From NCBI GenBank assembly GCA_036172245.1, contig JAYWIR010000092.1, positions 186,001 to 250,000 of the forward strand: a stretch of DNA of 64,000 bases, in the 5' to 3' direction. Source of the DNA: Raillietiella orientalis (lineage: Eukaryota). The notes under the pieces were generated by a model. That model did no database searches, was not told the DNA's origin, and was given only the letters and a program-made list of their open reading frames with translations. This document shows, piece after piece, positions 36,848-50,547 of this stretch. Within the stretch, counting starts at the first letter, position 1, and the number at the start of each line of letters is the position of its first letter. The position numbers were made by a program, and so were the translations under genes.

Positions 36848-38199
36848 ATCGATTGCTTAATGCACTTCGGAAGCTCATTTTCAGACACATATATCCTGAT
36901 TAAAGTAGTCTAAAGGGATTTGATTTTGAAGTGTAAAGCACGGTGGGAAGTTGAACTTTTTTGAACCTAACATTGAATTTGGGTGTACGGCGGCACTTTG
37001 GAAGACCGATAGCGGGAAAATGCACGTCATTCAGCGCTTTGTCCTAGCCGGAACACAGCTACGTTCTAAAGATAGATTGAAGAATCTCAATATCAATTTC
37101 TTCACAAGATTATTGACCGTAATCTTTGCAGTAGACTCGGAATGAGTGTACTCAAATGTCTCTCACAAGGAAAACCCAGCCGGAAGGAATTGTGCAGCAT
37201 CGTTTCTTAAACGGTATGAGCGCCTATCAATATTCTGTTCAGTAGTGCCGAGCAAATGTTTCTCCCGGGTGCCATCGGTCTTTTTATCTGCGTGCATGTA
37301 CTGAAGAGGAAAGAATTAGATTCCGTACTTTATCAAATAATGGCGCAAGTCTTCTTCAGACGTATTCCTGGTACTTCTCTTTCCGACACCCAATCAGTCG
37401 GCAGCCTGTTTGCCGGTAAGAAAGGCACGTTCATGCGTGGCAAGGAGCTTTCATGGGATACTGAACTGAGCACTCCTTATTTGGAAGAAATCTTCCTTTC
37501 CCTCGCCGTAAGTGTTTAGGATCTTCTCTCGCTCCAGGATTTAGGGTTTTCCGCAAATGTTGCAAGAACTCCTCTCTTGACATATGCACCTTTGGATCTC
37601 CGCAGGCAGCCTACGTTTTCCTTTAGTTTTTTTGTATAGGTGTTCGTTAATTTTCTTTTGAGAACACTGTGTCAATTTTTGGTCATAATAAGGGACTGTC
37701 TATTTGCATTTCGAATGTGAGACAACTTCATTACCGCAAAGATATCGGTTTCCAACAAAACCACATGGGATAAAGCAATTTTGCAAGCACAAAGACACAA
37801 ATTTCCCCATACTATATGCATCAAAACAGGATGCACATACAGTGAAGGAGGAAAAGAATTAATGTATAGTTTGCGTATAATGGACATTCCACTTTCTAGA
37901 GATTCTTTTCGCTAATAGTTGCTGTATCTATAAACGAATATTTGACAATTTGCCTGCTAGTTCAGTGTGCTAGCAAATGTTCCAAAAATTCTGACTCACT
38001 CCACATTCTCAGATAAATTTTGACTTCACTGCTGTTTCACCAAGGGATCACCGCAAGGATTTCAACGTGCCTTCCTTTCGCGTCAGGCGGAGTGTCGTTA
38101 ATTGCGTTGATCGCAACGATCTCTTGCATCCGCACCATCCCCGCAGCCCGCCTTCGGTTCGAATCGTAGCCAGTTTAAGGAGAGGCCAACAGTTTAGCC

Positions 38200-38770
38200 G
38201 ATGATAAGGTGTCCTCATCGGCTCTGTGGCTTCATCTTTCAGAGGACGTTAAGAAGGGGATTCCCGACATTCAACATTGGTTTAAAATTAAGGAAGGACC
38301 CAAGTCAAAGATCCGTGTCCACGACACTCCTATTTTTTTTTCTTCATATATTTATTTGTGGTTCCCTCCCTCTTGTATTTGACTTTCAGTTTCATCTACC
38401 CTCGTGTGGAGTCTCTCTTTTCTCGTTCTTCTGCGTCCTTTCCTGGGAACATTTGTTCCGGGATGGTTTTCGAATATACGCCTCGGCACATTCAGGTGGT
38501 AAGCAGACTGGACCTCATTCACTGGGCTGCAAGCAACATGGAGATAGCTTTCTGATGGCGCCGGCTAGGAACCTTGCGACCAGCACTTGGGCTCATGTAC
38601 AACCTAATGCAGAGGACTACTCGAGGCGAACGGTGATCTCTTCACCTCCGTCCATTTCCCGTTAAAATTTGTTCTCCCTTTATGTTTTCGTTTGATTTCT
38701 TTTTTTTTGGTGGTTTGCTATTCCCTATCGCTAATAGCAGGGATTTTCCCGGCCTGCTGGCGGGCAATGG
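38200..38770 (+). mobile_element. Old family-4 3' fragment
   Basis: Similar to 14740-14970. Confidence 0.5.
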
Positions 38771-39879
38771 CAAGTGATTCCAAACAGCCGTAATCACGTG
38801 TTAAGGATAAACATACTTCCATGAGGACGTCGGAAAAATTTTGTTGTGTAGATTTTGATAATTAATGCCCTGCTTATCCGCATCTCAAACAACGTATCGT
38901 AACTTTTGAATTTCCAGATTAATCGGAGTGAAAAATGAATTCTGTGATGTGTAGGGAACAATTTTCAGCTCCAGCAAAGTTTGATTGAGTAATAGTAATC
39001 GTTACGATGAACACCCGTTGAAGCTCCAACCGAAGAATCTATGCCAAATTTCCGTTCCTGCACCTCAGATGCCGTGTGGAAATCAAGGCAATTTTTCACA
39101 GAACTTCATATCTATATTTATATATATCTTTACGATAAACACGGTTCTGCGAAAAACCCGCTGAAGCAACACTTGGATGATCCGTGGATTACGATCACGT
39201 AGCACCTCAATCTTTTCTCAGTATTTAACACTTGATTCTTCCATGAGGTCATTTCTGATTTATTCTCGGATGGCTCAACGAATAGTGGTTCTGCAGAGAA
39301 GAATGCACTGATGACTTTGTAGATCATCTTAATTGATAAACTGTAAAGTTTCATTGTCTTGAAGCACTCTTACATTGGTTGTCGTTGTTTTTACCTCAAT
39401 CGTTTATCTTGATTGGTTTCGCCATGAGCAGCAACTAATTTATGGCTTCCGAAAGAAGGATGCATTCCGTTTGAGCGAGAAACATGAGGAAGCATTTAAA
39501 ACCTACCTATCGGCATCCATCTTCCCCAGGTTGCACTTGAATTTGAAATTCAGGTTTGCCGATATCGGATTGAGATTTGAAAATATCTCATTCTTTCACC
39601 TGTAAAGTTTAAAGAGTTTACGCTGCTTGCTAGGAAGGTACATAACAGCTTGAGTGTAATACGTAATAAATTACGAGAGCCAAATTGTACAAATGCTTAG
39701 TTCCCTCCAGGAGGATTAACTTACGTTTCTTCGCAACAGATAGAAGTAGGGTGTTATCGAGGAACAGTCCTGAAATGAATATCCCACAGGAAAGCAATGC
39801 AGAATTGTATGTGTGGTTGGCATCTGCTGAAATCACGCATGTTTAGATTTTGAATTCTCCAATAAAAGTAAGCCAATCA

Positions 39880-41100
39880 TTTCGGAGTTCTCTCATCTGT
39901 GCTTAGGGGCCTGCATTGCTTGCAGACATCGCTAAACGAGCGAATCTGGAAACCATCTGGAGTAAGGAAATTCTGTTTTCGCATTTGGCGCAACGCTTCC
40001 TTGTGCATCCACGACTCCAGTAAATACCAGGAAACACTGACAAAAAAGACTTGCGAGGTGACACATCCTTGGAGAATAAATTTAGTGAGAATTTCTGGCA
40101 TTTCTCAAGCTTCTGCTGATTAAATTGGCAGATCACGCCTGAAGAGTGCTCATCGGAATCGGCGGATTGGTGCGCTAACCCGCTACTCCGAGTTAAGAGC
40201 CTGAATCAAAGCAAGGCCAAGAATCGGCAACAACCTAAGTTGCGCAATATTTAGTCGTACAGCTGCTCATTACTCAAGGCTGCCAGCCGTATTGAAATGA
40301 ACCAATGTACCCTCTTATAAAGGGGAGCTGCTTCGTTTGGAGTGGAATGCCACTCGCTTAGCACAACGCTGTCCATTGAGACCATTCTAGTTCTTGTAAC
40401 TCGTATGTGGAACTTCCAGATCAATTGGATACACCCTGAGTTTGAGGTTTCATCCTTACTTCATGGCCTGTGTTTCCAATTGCCTTTACTAGAATTCTCA
40501 AGATGAAAATTACCAGGTAACAAACGTTGAGAACACACTATATGCATGGTAATTTGTCGTATGAGTTCTCGTTTCTCGTTTTTTCCGCACGCATGAGCGA
40601 TGGAGAGGGATGATACGGTTTTCTTTTTCGAATCAGTAACTGGGTGAACTTAATCCTGGATGACATCGTGAGAGCATTCCTGTGTCACATTGAGCGATTT
40701 TAATGGCTTCTGCTATTCGTCTCTTCCTTTCTTAAGAGTAGGAATCCCTGCCAGGAACTTCCCATAAATCCTCCGGTCCTGTTTTTTCCATTCAGCAGTT
40801 TCTGGATATCCTTGGATGGTGTTATCTGGTGCTTTTCTCTTCCACGTTCTTCTGCGGATGTCCAACCGTGCGGGGAGAAGTTTTGAATCAATGGAATGCC
40901 ATCTCTTCGGATGTGGAATGCTCAGTAGATGTCACGGTATGGCGCGAGTGCATTCTATGGAATCTCACAATGTGTTTCATACTGTTCATGAAACTTTTCG
41001 GAACATGGAAACCATTCTTTCATTTCCCAGGGGTCACGTGGTTCCTAATGTCCTCCTAAGAAAAGTAAGTTGCCCCATCTTTTCAAATTCCAACGAAACA
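39880..41100 (-). pseudogene. Very decayed non-LTR RT relic, possibly RTE- or Jockey-like
   Basis: Correctly ordered remnants KAP, IPTLKKG and ILQGCVTSQVFF. Confidence 0.35.
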
Positions 41101-41349
41101 CCTGAATTTACATATGTGATACATTCATAATCTGCACAGACAATACACGCAATTCAAATTTAAATTTCAATGGGCTTATCGCCAAAAATCGCCAGAATGC
41201 TTTGAGAGCACAAATTTGATCACCTCTTGGCCGCAGAAATCCAAAGGTAGTAGAAAGCAAAGTCGAGGAGGATCCTCACCTCCGAGATTGTTACTTTAGT
41301 TTTGCACCGCCCTCGCTTCCGATTGCGTCTCAATCATTGAACACCGATA

Positions 41350-44300
41350 GTCAGAATGTCTTTCGAAAAAGTTTCGTGGACGTTGCGTGGAATCTCCCTT
41401 GGTGAGGAAGAAGGTTTCGGCGGAGATGTTGATGCCTCAAATGCAGACAGAGAAGCAGAGGAAGGCGACAAAGTAGAGATTCATGAATCCAACCTGGCGA
41501 CGCAAGAGGTCTTGCAGTTCACCCAGAAGGTTGTGAATCTTGTGGTGTAGGTGCACCAGAGTGCAGCAACAGCAAATCCTGACTCGCATCTGCGAGGTCC
41601 AGCAGGACATCTGTGATTTGGTGGAGGCATGCGAACGCGAAAAGCTGAAGACCAAGCTTTTCGAGGTTAAGGCGGCCCAAGGCGCGACGGTCAGCTCGGA
41701 GACCTTCCTGCGCAAGCAGGTACCCACAGCCGAACGCTCGATGGAAGAACACGACAAGACAGACAAAAGCAGCACGCACAGCAATGCCGGAAACCAGAAG
41801 CCCTCTTCTTCTTTCTCAGGGAGAATACAACGTTCTCCCCGACAGAAGAAGCTCAGAAAGCGCAAAAAATACATTCCCTTGATGGTTTCGTCTTTGTCCA
41901 CCTCCAGGAGACTACACATCGCCTCTTAGAATGTTAATGGACCTCAAGACCAAAAAGAAGAAGAATAGTGCGGAACATCGTTCAATACGACATCGTGTGC
42001 CTACAAGAAACTCACCTGATGGGACAAGAATTGAGCCTTTACTTGTAAAGGCTATTGAACGCCAAACTGCTTACCAGCAAAGAACAGAACATACCTTGGG
42101 GATGGCGATCTCAAACAAGAACGAGCTCGCCGCCACTAACCTCGAAACTTCCGTCGCATACCTGGAAGAGTCATAGTCTTACTTTTGTCCTGGTCCGCAA
42201 ACGTTCTCCTGTTCCTGTTGGATGTTTAGGAACCCCATTAACATAAACATCGGTGCGCGGAGACGCTCGACCAAACCCTCCGATAAACGGTCGCACCGGA
42301 GGACATCGTCATCATCGTTGGGGACTTCAACATACCCGATGAAGTCGTCTATTTCCGTGACATCAGGGGCAGTACGGCGTAACGGCGGCCTGTCCGACGA
42401 TTTCGGACTGCTATGGCTAACAACCAGCCATATCCTCTGCAGCTCCGACATAGGGAACCGCTTCTTGGGTTTCCTGACACGCTTCACTCAGTGTTGGAGC
42501 TCCCGTTAATAAGGTTTTCCTTGAGAACTGCAAAAACTCGGCAAAAGCAGGCACTCATGTAGGCGCTCATCTGCATGCCCGCCTGCTTCGACACGCTACC
42601 CTACTACCATGAGCTAATAGAGGCCATACAGCAGACGACCATTATCAGTAGATTCGCCGACTGGGATAGCTTGAAACACCGAGTCCACCTTTTCTGCAGC
42701 ATACAGTTCGGTGATAAGAGATTAAGGCGGTAACCGGATCGGTAGCTGAACATCCAAGACCTCTCCCTCTTGACGTATTGGATACAGTTCGAGATTCTGT
42801 ACGTCTTCCAAAACTTCAAGGTAGAAGTCGGCGTTCTAGAGAAGCGGGATCTGGCAACAGATATCTTCTGCATCTAGTACGATGGTCGCGCCAAACACAC
42901 GTTCGAGGATATCATTAAAACCATCCAAAGACACTATGTGGAACACTTACGACTCAGACTTCTGTGCAATTCATATGAAAATAGTTTCTTGAAACATCTG
43001 GAGACAAGTGTCGACGAAAGCAATCGAAGGATCATCCATGAAAAATTCTCCTAAGAAGTGAAAGCTGCGTTTCAGGACCTTCGCAAGGATGTGGTAGCGT
43101 GCCCTGATAGTGTTCCCATCGCACACTATCAACGGTGCCAGCATCCCTACGAGCGTTTGTTCCACCTGCTGACGCTACGCACCAAGGACGAAGGACGACT
43201 ACCGCAATGCTTTCACTGGAGTAGGATGCGATTGCTGCCAAAAGAAGGTGAGCTGACGTAGGTCACCAATGGAGGCCAATATCTATCCTCAACCCCGACG
43301 CAAAGTGGTTGGAGAAGATCTGAGCCAACCGCTTAAGCAAGGTCATGCCGAAACTGATCTTCCGGTCCAGACATGTGCCTTGCCTGGACGCCACATGTCG
43401 GAACATGTGAAGTGCGCCCAAGCTACCATTGGACTCAGCTGAGAATCTGTGATAACTTGTTACTGGGATTCACTGACATGTAGACGGCTTTGGATACGGT
43501 GGACCTCGGTATGCTGCTGAAGATTCTAGGAAGACTGGGTCTCCCGGAATACTTCGCCAACTTTGTGAAGACGGTACTTGAAGAACAAAACTTCCGCATC
43601 AATATTAACGGTGAAACGACAACAGCTTTCCGGATGGAACGCAGAGTCCGCCAGAGCGATGCTTCAAGTCCGAGCGTGTTTGTCATCTACATGGAAGCCC
43701 TCTCGTTGTTCATCGAGAGATTTGGATACCTTCAAGGTTTCAACGTGAACAGCCACAGACTCATCCATCTGGCTTATGCAAGCGATCTTGTCTTCTTCTT
43801 AAAATGGGAGGGAGATCAGCGAGGTTCTCTGCATGTGTTGGTGCTTATAAATAAAGGATTAAGCTTAAAGATCAACGCCGAGAAGAACCAGCTTTTGCCA
43901 ATCGGAGAACTGGATCTCTGCGCACTCACGAAAGAAGGATTCCGCACGGTGGATCGAGTGAATTACCTATGTGTCCACATCGGAGTTGCTCCAACACCAC
44001 GATTATTGTGAAAGGAAAACCTGGGGAAAACATTCTCCAGGATTTCCTTCCACAATAATCGTTTTCCTTGCAAGGTTTCGGCGTGAAAGCGAATTGAAGT
44101 AATGTGTTGAAGTGTGCCGCCCTGCGTATCATGTGCGATCGTCTGTCAATCACCCTAGACATTGCAGAAGGCAGCACCAGGGACATTTTCGAGCCCCTGT
44201 ACCTTCGTTTCCGTCTTCTTTTGAACGCGCTCATAATTCCTCTCTGCTTTATGCTAAAAATCTAAGAGGAATGGAAGCCTGCAAGAAAAAACAAATGATT

Positions 44301-44900
44301 TAAATATTATGCAAGAGATGCAGCTTCTTCTGAAAACCGTATGGAGAGACCCCCACTAAAACAATAACAGCAACCAATTTTTCGTCATTTGTTCGCGATA
44401 CTTTATTTAAAATAAACCAGTTGATTCTCCACTTTTCAAACGACGGTTAGAGCACCGCAATGGTTAGCAAGATGCATCCACACTCAACCCTTGTCAACAA
44501 GATTTCCAAACAATGAAGCGAACAAATGACAAGAAAACTGTATAAATCGGGTGAGAAGAGCTGAGAATCCTTCTAATCATTCTGCGTGCAACTGAACCCA
44601 AAAGAAAACATGGAAAACTTACGAAGCAAATAGGAATGTGGAATCGGAGCAATAGAAACAAAGATGTAGAATGGAAAACGATCACAGAGTCTTTCTTTGC
44701 AATTGGCCTCGAACCAGCAACCCGGATGCGATAGATTTCCTCCGTGGCCCCCATTTCGTAATCAGATCACTTTGCAGTAGTCTTGGTGTACCCCTTCTAG
44801 TGTTTCCCATTCACCGACTGGTAATTTTCGGCATTAATCGAGCCCCGATGGTGGCACGGATGCCACCAATAGTTGCCATAACTTCGGCCGGGTAAAGGCT
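41350..44900 (+). mobile_element. Degenerate family-2 L1/Tx1 element: ORF1 C-terminus and ORF2
   Basis: Collinear with copy I on the opposite strand (RQKKLRK, SSLSTSRRLHIAS, VCLQETH, MRLLPKEG, RVRQSD, HLAYASD). Confidence 0.9.
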
Positions 44901-45949
44901 CCATGGTGCATTCCATCTCCGCAACACATCGCACTCAATGTTATTTTCATACAATGCCATTCTTGGAATGATTCGGGGAACCCCACGCGATTGTGGCTTT
45001 TTCCCTGTCTTTCGCGGATTCTCGGTGCTTCTCTCGATTTCTACCAGAAGGGAAGTATAATCCAGATCGTCAAGATGGGGTGAGTTTATGCTTATTACGT
45101 GAGATGCATGCACACATGCGTACATGCTACTTGAATACCGGATGCAGGTGACTGCCATTTATTGTCTCACTTTGACAAGCTGTATTTCGGTATTGCATTG
45201 TATAGTGTTCCCTCTCCATTTCCACGAGACCACGCTTTCGTTATCCGAAAATCATCTCTCATGGAAATGTTGCCGTGAACGTAACGGTTTATGTTGTGTA
45301 CCGCAATTCATGGGCAGGTGAGAGATGTACTTCTTTGAATCGTACCTTGCAGATTCCAGAAAGGCAACCTCTCCTGGGACTGGATACCGTTGTTTGTTGT
45401 ACCGGGATGCAAAGGGAATCAAAATCACTAATGCAGGCTTCCATGAGGAAAAGAGCATCGAGGCGCCCAAACAACAAAAAAGGACCAGAAGCTCCACAGA
45501 ACTAACACCCTAGATGTCGCCTCACCGTGGCGGTCCAATGAAGGAAGTTTTAGCTGCTAGGGCACTGAATTGCTCTCTTCTCGTAGACTCCAATTGGTTT
45601 TCTCCTGCACGTCATGATGCAGGACATCTTCCACTCAGCTCGTGGGACACTGTTACTTCTTGTCCTATATACAGGCAGTCCAGCGGTGGGAATGCTCAGA
45701 TCCATGCTCAGTTACCTGTTAACTGTCAACCTTCACCTCTTGAACTGCTAGTACCTTAGCACATGGTACCAAATTCGTAGAAGAAAAAGGTCTTCAGGAG
45801 TCAATCCCCACAACGAATTGTAGTAGCCAACTGCCTTCTACCGTCAAACACTGGTTTCCTCAGTTCGGAGAAGATTCACGACTGTGCATCAACTTGAGAG
45901 GAGAATGCTTAACGTTAGAAGCTGCTTCCAGTAGTTCCTCATTTTCTAG

Positions 45950-46670
45950 TGAGTACCTCTTAGCAACGACAGCGTAATTTCGCTGCCGACGCATCACCGT
46001 ATTAAAATGCCTGCAGGCGTGCGAATCGAGAATGTTAAGAGCTTGATACAGGTTTTGGATCAGCGCTTGCAGTCCGAATCTTTCCGACGTGAGTATACCT
46101 CAAGCAGCAATGGGAGGCGCAATTGCGGACTCTTTCACGCGGATCCTGAACCTTACAAATCCTCCAAGATTGCTTATCAGTTGACACAGAGTTTACTGAT
46201 CTATTTCGATGAGGAACCTACAAAGAAATAAAAGGGGTCGAGCAACAAAACCAGAAGATGTTCCGAGAGACAGTTAGTTTAAGGAAGTGGATCTTGCTTG
46301 AAGGTACGCGGTTGAAGTTGCCTCGCCTCATAAAGACAGTATCCCTGTGCTTTGGCTGTTTCGTGTACCCACAACGAATCACCAGCGCACTTTTAGTGTC
46401 TCCTCATGAAAGAAAAGTACTGTGAGCTGTGCAACACATTTAGGCATCTGAAAAAGAGATGCCCGGATGCCACATGCCCAACCTGTAGCGCGAAGGGCCA
46501 CACTAGTGCTGTGTGACCGAAAAATGCCGCGACAACGCCTTTAGCCCCTTCGACAAATGAGGGGAAGAAGGCAGAAAGCAAAAAAAGCAGCGATCAACAG
46601 CCGACTTCAGAAGAAGTCGTGCAAACGGGACAGGAGCCTCAAAAGGAGACTTCTGAGCCAAATGCCGACG
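45950..46670 (+). mobile_element. Degenerate family-1 ORF1 fragment
   Basis: KYCELCNTFRHLKKRCPDATCPTCSAKGHT zinc knuckles. Confidence 0.75.
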
Positions 46671-47875
46671 AGGAAGGCTTTTGTCGTTTCTGTCTGTGCG
46701 CGTCGGCAGAAGAGCACATTGTGGCTCTCACCTGCGACGCATGGCCGTTGTGGTACGGGAGAACACCTGGATCTCCTGCCTCCCAGAGAACTACTCGGCA
46801 TGGTTGCACGAGTCAGTCTCCACCTGGGAAAAGATCTACGTACCGGCGGGCACAAAGAACACTTGCCTGAAAAGGCGTGCCCGCTGGGCGCTCCAGGAGA
46901 TCGTGCAGTCCCACGACAAGCTTATGTGGGCTTTGATAACCCCCCTTGCCCCAGTGTTGCCCTTTCTCATCAGTGCCAGGGACAGTAGGGAGCTGGGGAA
47001 ATGGACCGTGTCCTGCACCGTAATCGGAGGGACACAACCGATAAAGCCGTGGACATCTCGGCAGCTAGCGGACGCTGCGACGCCGAGTGTCATGCCCAAC
47101 GAAATTCGACGCTGGAGCGAGCTACTCGGACTATCTCCGGAGGAGATGAAGTGGCCCCCAGCGTCCTGGAACAGTGGATCTCTCCCCCTTAAATGGCAGG
47201 AGGTGGCGTTGCTTGTAATGCATTGGGGTTTACCCTTTAAAGCACGCCTGTATCACACCACCCGGGAGGCTGTGGATCCCCAGTGCGACTGGTGCGGGGA
47301 AAAGGAGACCTTCCTCCACCTTCTCATTGAGTGCAGTGCCATCCGTCCTTTATGGGATCGCCTTACGGCGATCCTGGACTTGCGCGGATGCGGCCCCAAG
47401 GACGTTTTCAGGCGCCTCTTCTGTAGTAACGCCTTGTCCCCCCCCGCTTCTGTAGCAATCCTCTGCTGCATTCGAGGGATCGTGACGGCTTGGAACGCCA
47501 CCAGAAGACGTCAGCCAACTGACAACGCCTTACGATGGACTCGCCTATTCGTGCGAGCTGTATGCAAGTGGCGCCACTTAGGCGCACAGCGGACTCAGCT
47601 TGTCCGGATCCTGAATAGGATCTAGAGGACCTATCCGGGCGCAAAGTGATCCCTTCCCTGCCCTCCCATCCCTAAAACATTTATCCCCTCCCGTGTTTTA
47701 ACTTTTTGTTTGTTTTGTTTTTTCTGTCCCAACCCCCGCGCATCGGACGGACCTCTCCGGCATAGAGCCGGGAGCCAGTAAGCTGTTTTGGCGTGGTGCA
47801 CCTCCGGGTTCTCCACTCGAAAAATTAATGTATTTTTGTTTTTCGAAATAAATGCCCCGGAATATCCGGGTGAAA
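46671..47875 (+). mobile_element. Copy N: 5'-truncated Tx1-like element, ORF2 C-terminus and 3'UTR
   Basis: Open 314-aa frame 46681-47625 with LPLKWQE..HWGLP and CDWCGEKETFLHLLIEC; ends aataaatgccccggaatatccgggtgaaaa. Confidence 0.92.
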
Positions 47876-49250
47876 ACGCTAACGCCGCGGAACCTCCGCA
47901 GGAAATCTGCGGCAAGAACGCAAGCACCAGCGACGAGAAAAATTTCGCAAAGGCGGCGGAGGAACTCGCGGCCACCTTAATGCAGCCGCCTAAGGCTGCA
48001 AAGAAGGTCATAAGACGTCCGGCGGAAGTCAAGGGCCCGGAAACTTCCGAGTCCGAGGCGGAAGCAGGAAACACTCCCACCGTCGCCCTCCCGAAGAGGA
48101 AGGCGGGCCGGAAGTCTCGCAACCCTATGCGCGTCGCTCCCCCTCGGGCTGATGAGGAGGGGATGCGCTCGGGTAGCGAGGAGGCGATGTCCGCGAGGTC
48201 GCGGGATCCTTCCTTGGAGAGTGTACGGAGCGACATTCCCATCGATCTCAGTCCGGCTGCCGACGTTCCGGTCGTCTTCGGAACACAGCCTATACAGGTG
48301 GACATCGACCAGCCGCCTCCCGAACAGGAGGCGGCTACACAATCGCCACCACCATCATTAGCATGATGCGTGGAATCGCCTCTTGCCGGCAGCTACGTAT
48401 AGCCTGTTGGAATGTCAACGGGCTGCGTAGCGAAAGCAAGAGGCGTAGCGTGGTTGACACCCTGCGAGCTTTCGACCTGGCACTTCTCCAAGAGGTGCAT
48501 GCCCTGAGAGGAGAGGACGTCCAGGAAATCGAGAGGCTCACAGGGGGGAGGCTACTATGGCGTTGTGGAGGAGACCACTCCCGCGGAGTGGCCTTTCTGC
48601 TGAAGCCGGCCGTCGCTAATGCGGTGCGCAGTGCACACTTCGACGAGGAAGGTCGAGTTGGGCAACTTGTCCTCAAGTGGTCCGAATCGATCGACCTCGT
48701 AGTTACGAACGTGTACGCGCCATGCACCAGCCACAGGCGCGGAGAACGCACTGCGTTCTTCGAAGCCCTGCGGCAAGACTGGCTGGCTGAAGCAGGCGTG
48801 CGGCGGGCGCATCTGATAGCATGAGACTTCAACGTCCGCCTGCTGTCGGAAGCGCCCGACATAAGAGCACAATTCGTCAACGAGTTGTGTGCGGCTATGC
48901 ACACACGCAACTTGTTGGCCGATGAATCCGGGGTAAGAAGCAGAATAGACCACGTGTTCCTGGATAACCACTTGTGTACGCGGGTGGGGACACGAGGAGC
49001 ACTTGCGTCGGAGCTGTCCGATCACCCTCGGCTAGTGCTCAACATCCATCCGCGGGACAGAGGTCCACCCTCCGAAGCGTGGCGCCTGCCGGGGGACTGG
49101 TTGCGACTCGCAGGAGCGCGCGAACATTTGCGCGCATTCCTGCGTAGTTGCGAACTGCAGACTCTCGCTGACTGGGACAAAATAAAACGCTCAGTCCGAG
49201 AGTTCTGTGACCAGTTTCCCCTCCATCAACTTCCTCCAGGTTTCGGCGAT
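47876..49250 (+). mobile_element. Copy M: ORF1 C-terminus and ORF2 endonuclease, cut at GFGD by copy L
   Basis: FAKAAEELAATL; ATGA overlap at 48363-48366; WNVNG, LQEVH, NVYAP, RIDH, LSDH. Confidence 0.93.
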
Positions 49251-50547
49251 GCCACCCGGATACGCCGGGACGTTTATTAAAAACATTTCAACAGTCAATA
49301 CAGAACGTGGTACAAGGCCCCAGTGACGGCCACGCAATACCGGAACTGCCGGGACACCGGGACGCAGCCCGGTGTGGCTCTCCTCGGCAGTGGAGGGGGA
49401 TGGGGGAGAAAACAAAAATAAAATAAAAGAGAAAAACAAACAACAAAAGGAGTTTGAAGGGCCGGTAAGGGATCACAGAAAACAGCTGGGAGCGCCCATC
49501 CTTTGCAGGATGCCTTCTAGTTCCATTTTCAGTTTTCCTAGATGGAGCCATCGGGTAGCTCTCTGCAGGAAGCAAGAAGCATACTAGATGACGTCCCTCA
49601 CGATGCAGTCTTCATCTTCGGCATCACTCCAGGCCGCCACGATACCACGAATGCAGCAAAGTGCTGCCAGGGCTGCGGCTGGACTGAGGGCGTCCCGCAC
49701 GAAGACAAGACTGAAGACACATTCAACATTGCCACCATCCGGTATCCCAAGTGCCGTTTTAAGACGATCCTGAAGAATCCGGACGGCAGGGCATTGAACT
49801 AAGAGGTTGGGGAGCGACTCTCGCTCCCCACACCTGGCACACGCAGGATTTACTCTTCCCCGCGTCCAGTGGAAGCGGCGCGCGTTGTAGGGTAAACCCG
49901 AATGCAGCCACAGAAGCGCCGATTCTGGCCACTTCAGGGGAAGAATCCTGGATCCAAGTAGAACCGGGGGCCACTTCAGGTCATCCAATCGAATGCCGAG
50001 CAGCTCGCCCCATCTTCTTAATCCACGCGGCTGGAGACTAGGGGTCGTTGCTTCTGTCATCTCTCCCATGGTCCAGCCGCTCATCATCTTCTCTCTGCCT
50101 GCGATACGGCAGCAGACTCGCCACCTTGGCTTCCGGCTTTCGAGAAGCGCACTTTGGAGGAAGGGCATCGCCGTAACAAGGGGTGTGCCTTCCGTCCACG
50201 TGCAACTCGGTGCAAATTCAAGAATTTCACGCAGAGTTCAGCGGGCGTAAAGGCCGACTCGCAGGTAGTTCATCCGGTCTTCGCACCTCTGGTTCTGCTT
50301 GGCCCAGGTGCGAGCAGTCTTCTTTAGCCAAGCGGAGGAATTGGTGGGGCCACAAACCATCCAGTCGTTCTCCTTTGCCAGGGTTGCCATGCGGCCGAGC
50401 AGTGAACCGCATCTTCGAATCTTCCGGCCAGGGCACAGACGAAACGATGCGAGTCCTTCGCAGCGAAACACACGCCTGGCCAGAAGGCGGGCCGGAATGC
50501 ACCAAGCGGTGCTCCACATCTTCGCTGCGATGGCGAGGGTTCGCTAT
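49251..50547 (-). mobile_element. Copy L: ORF2 C-terminus and 3'UTR
   Basis: LPLKW..HSGLP and CARCGERESLP; ends aataaacgtcccggcgtatccgggtg. Confidence 0.92.
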
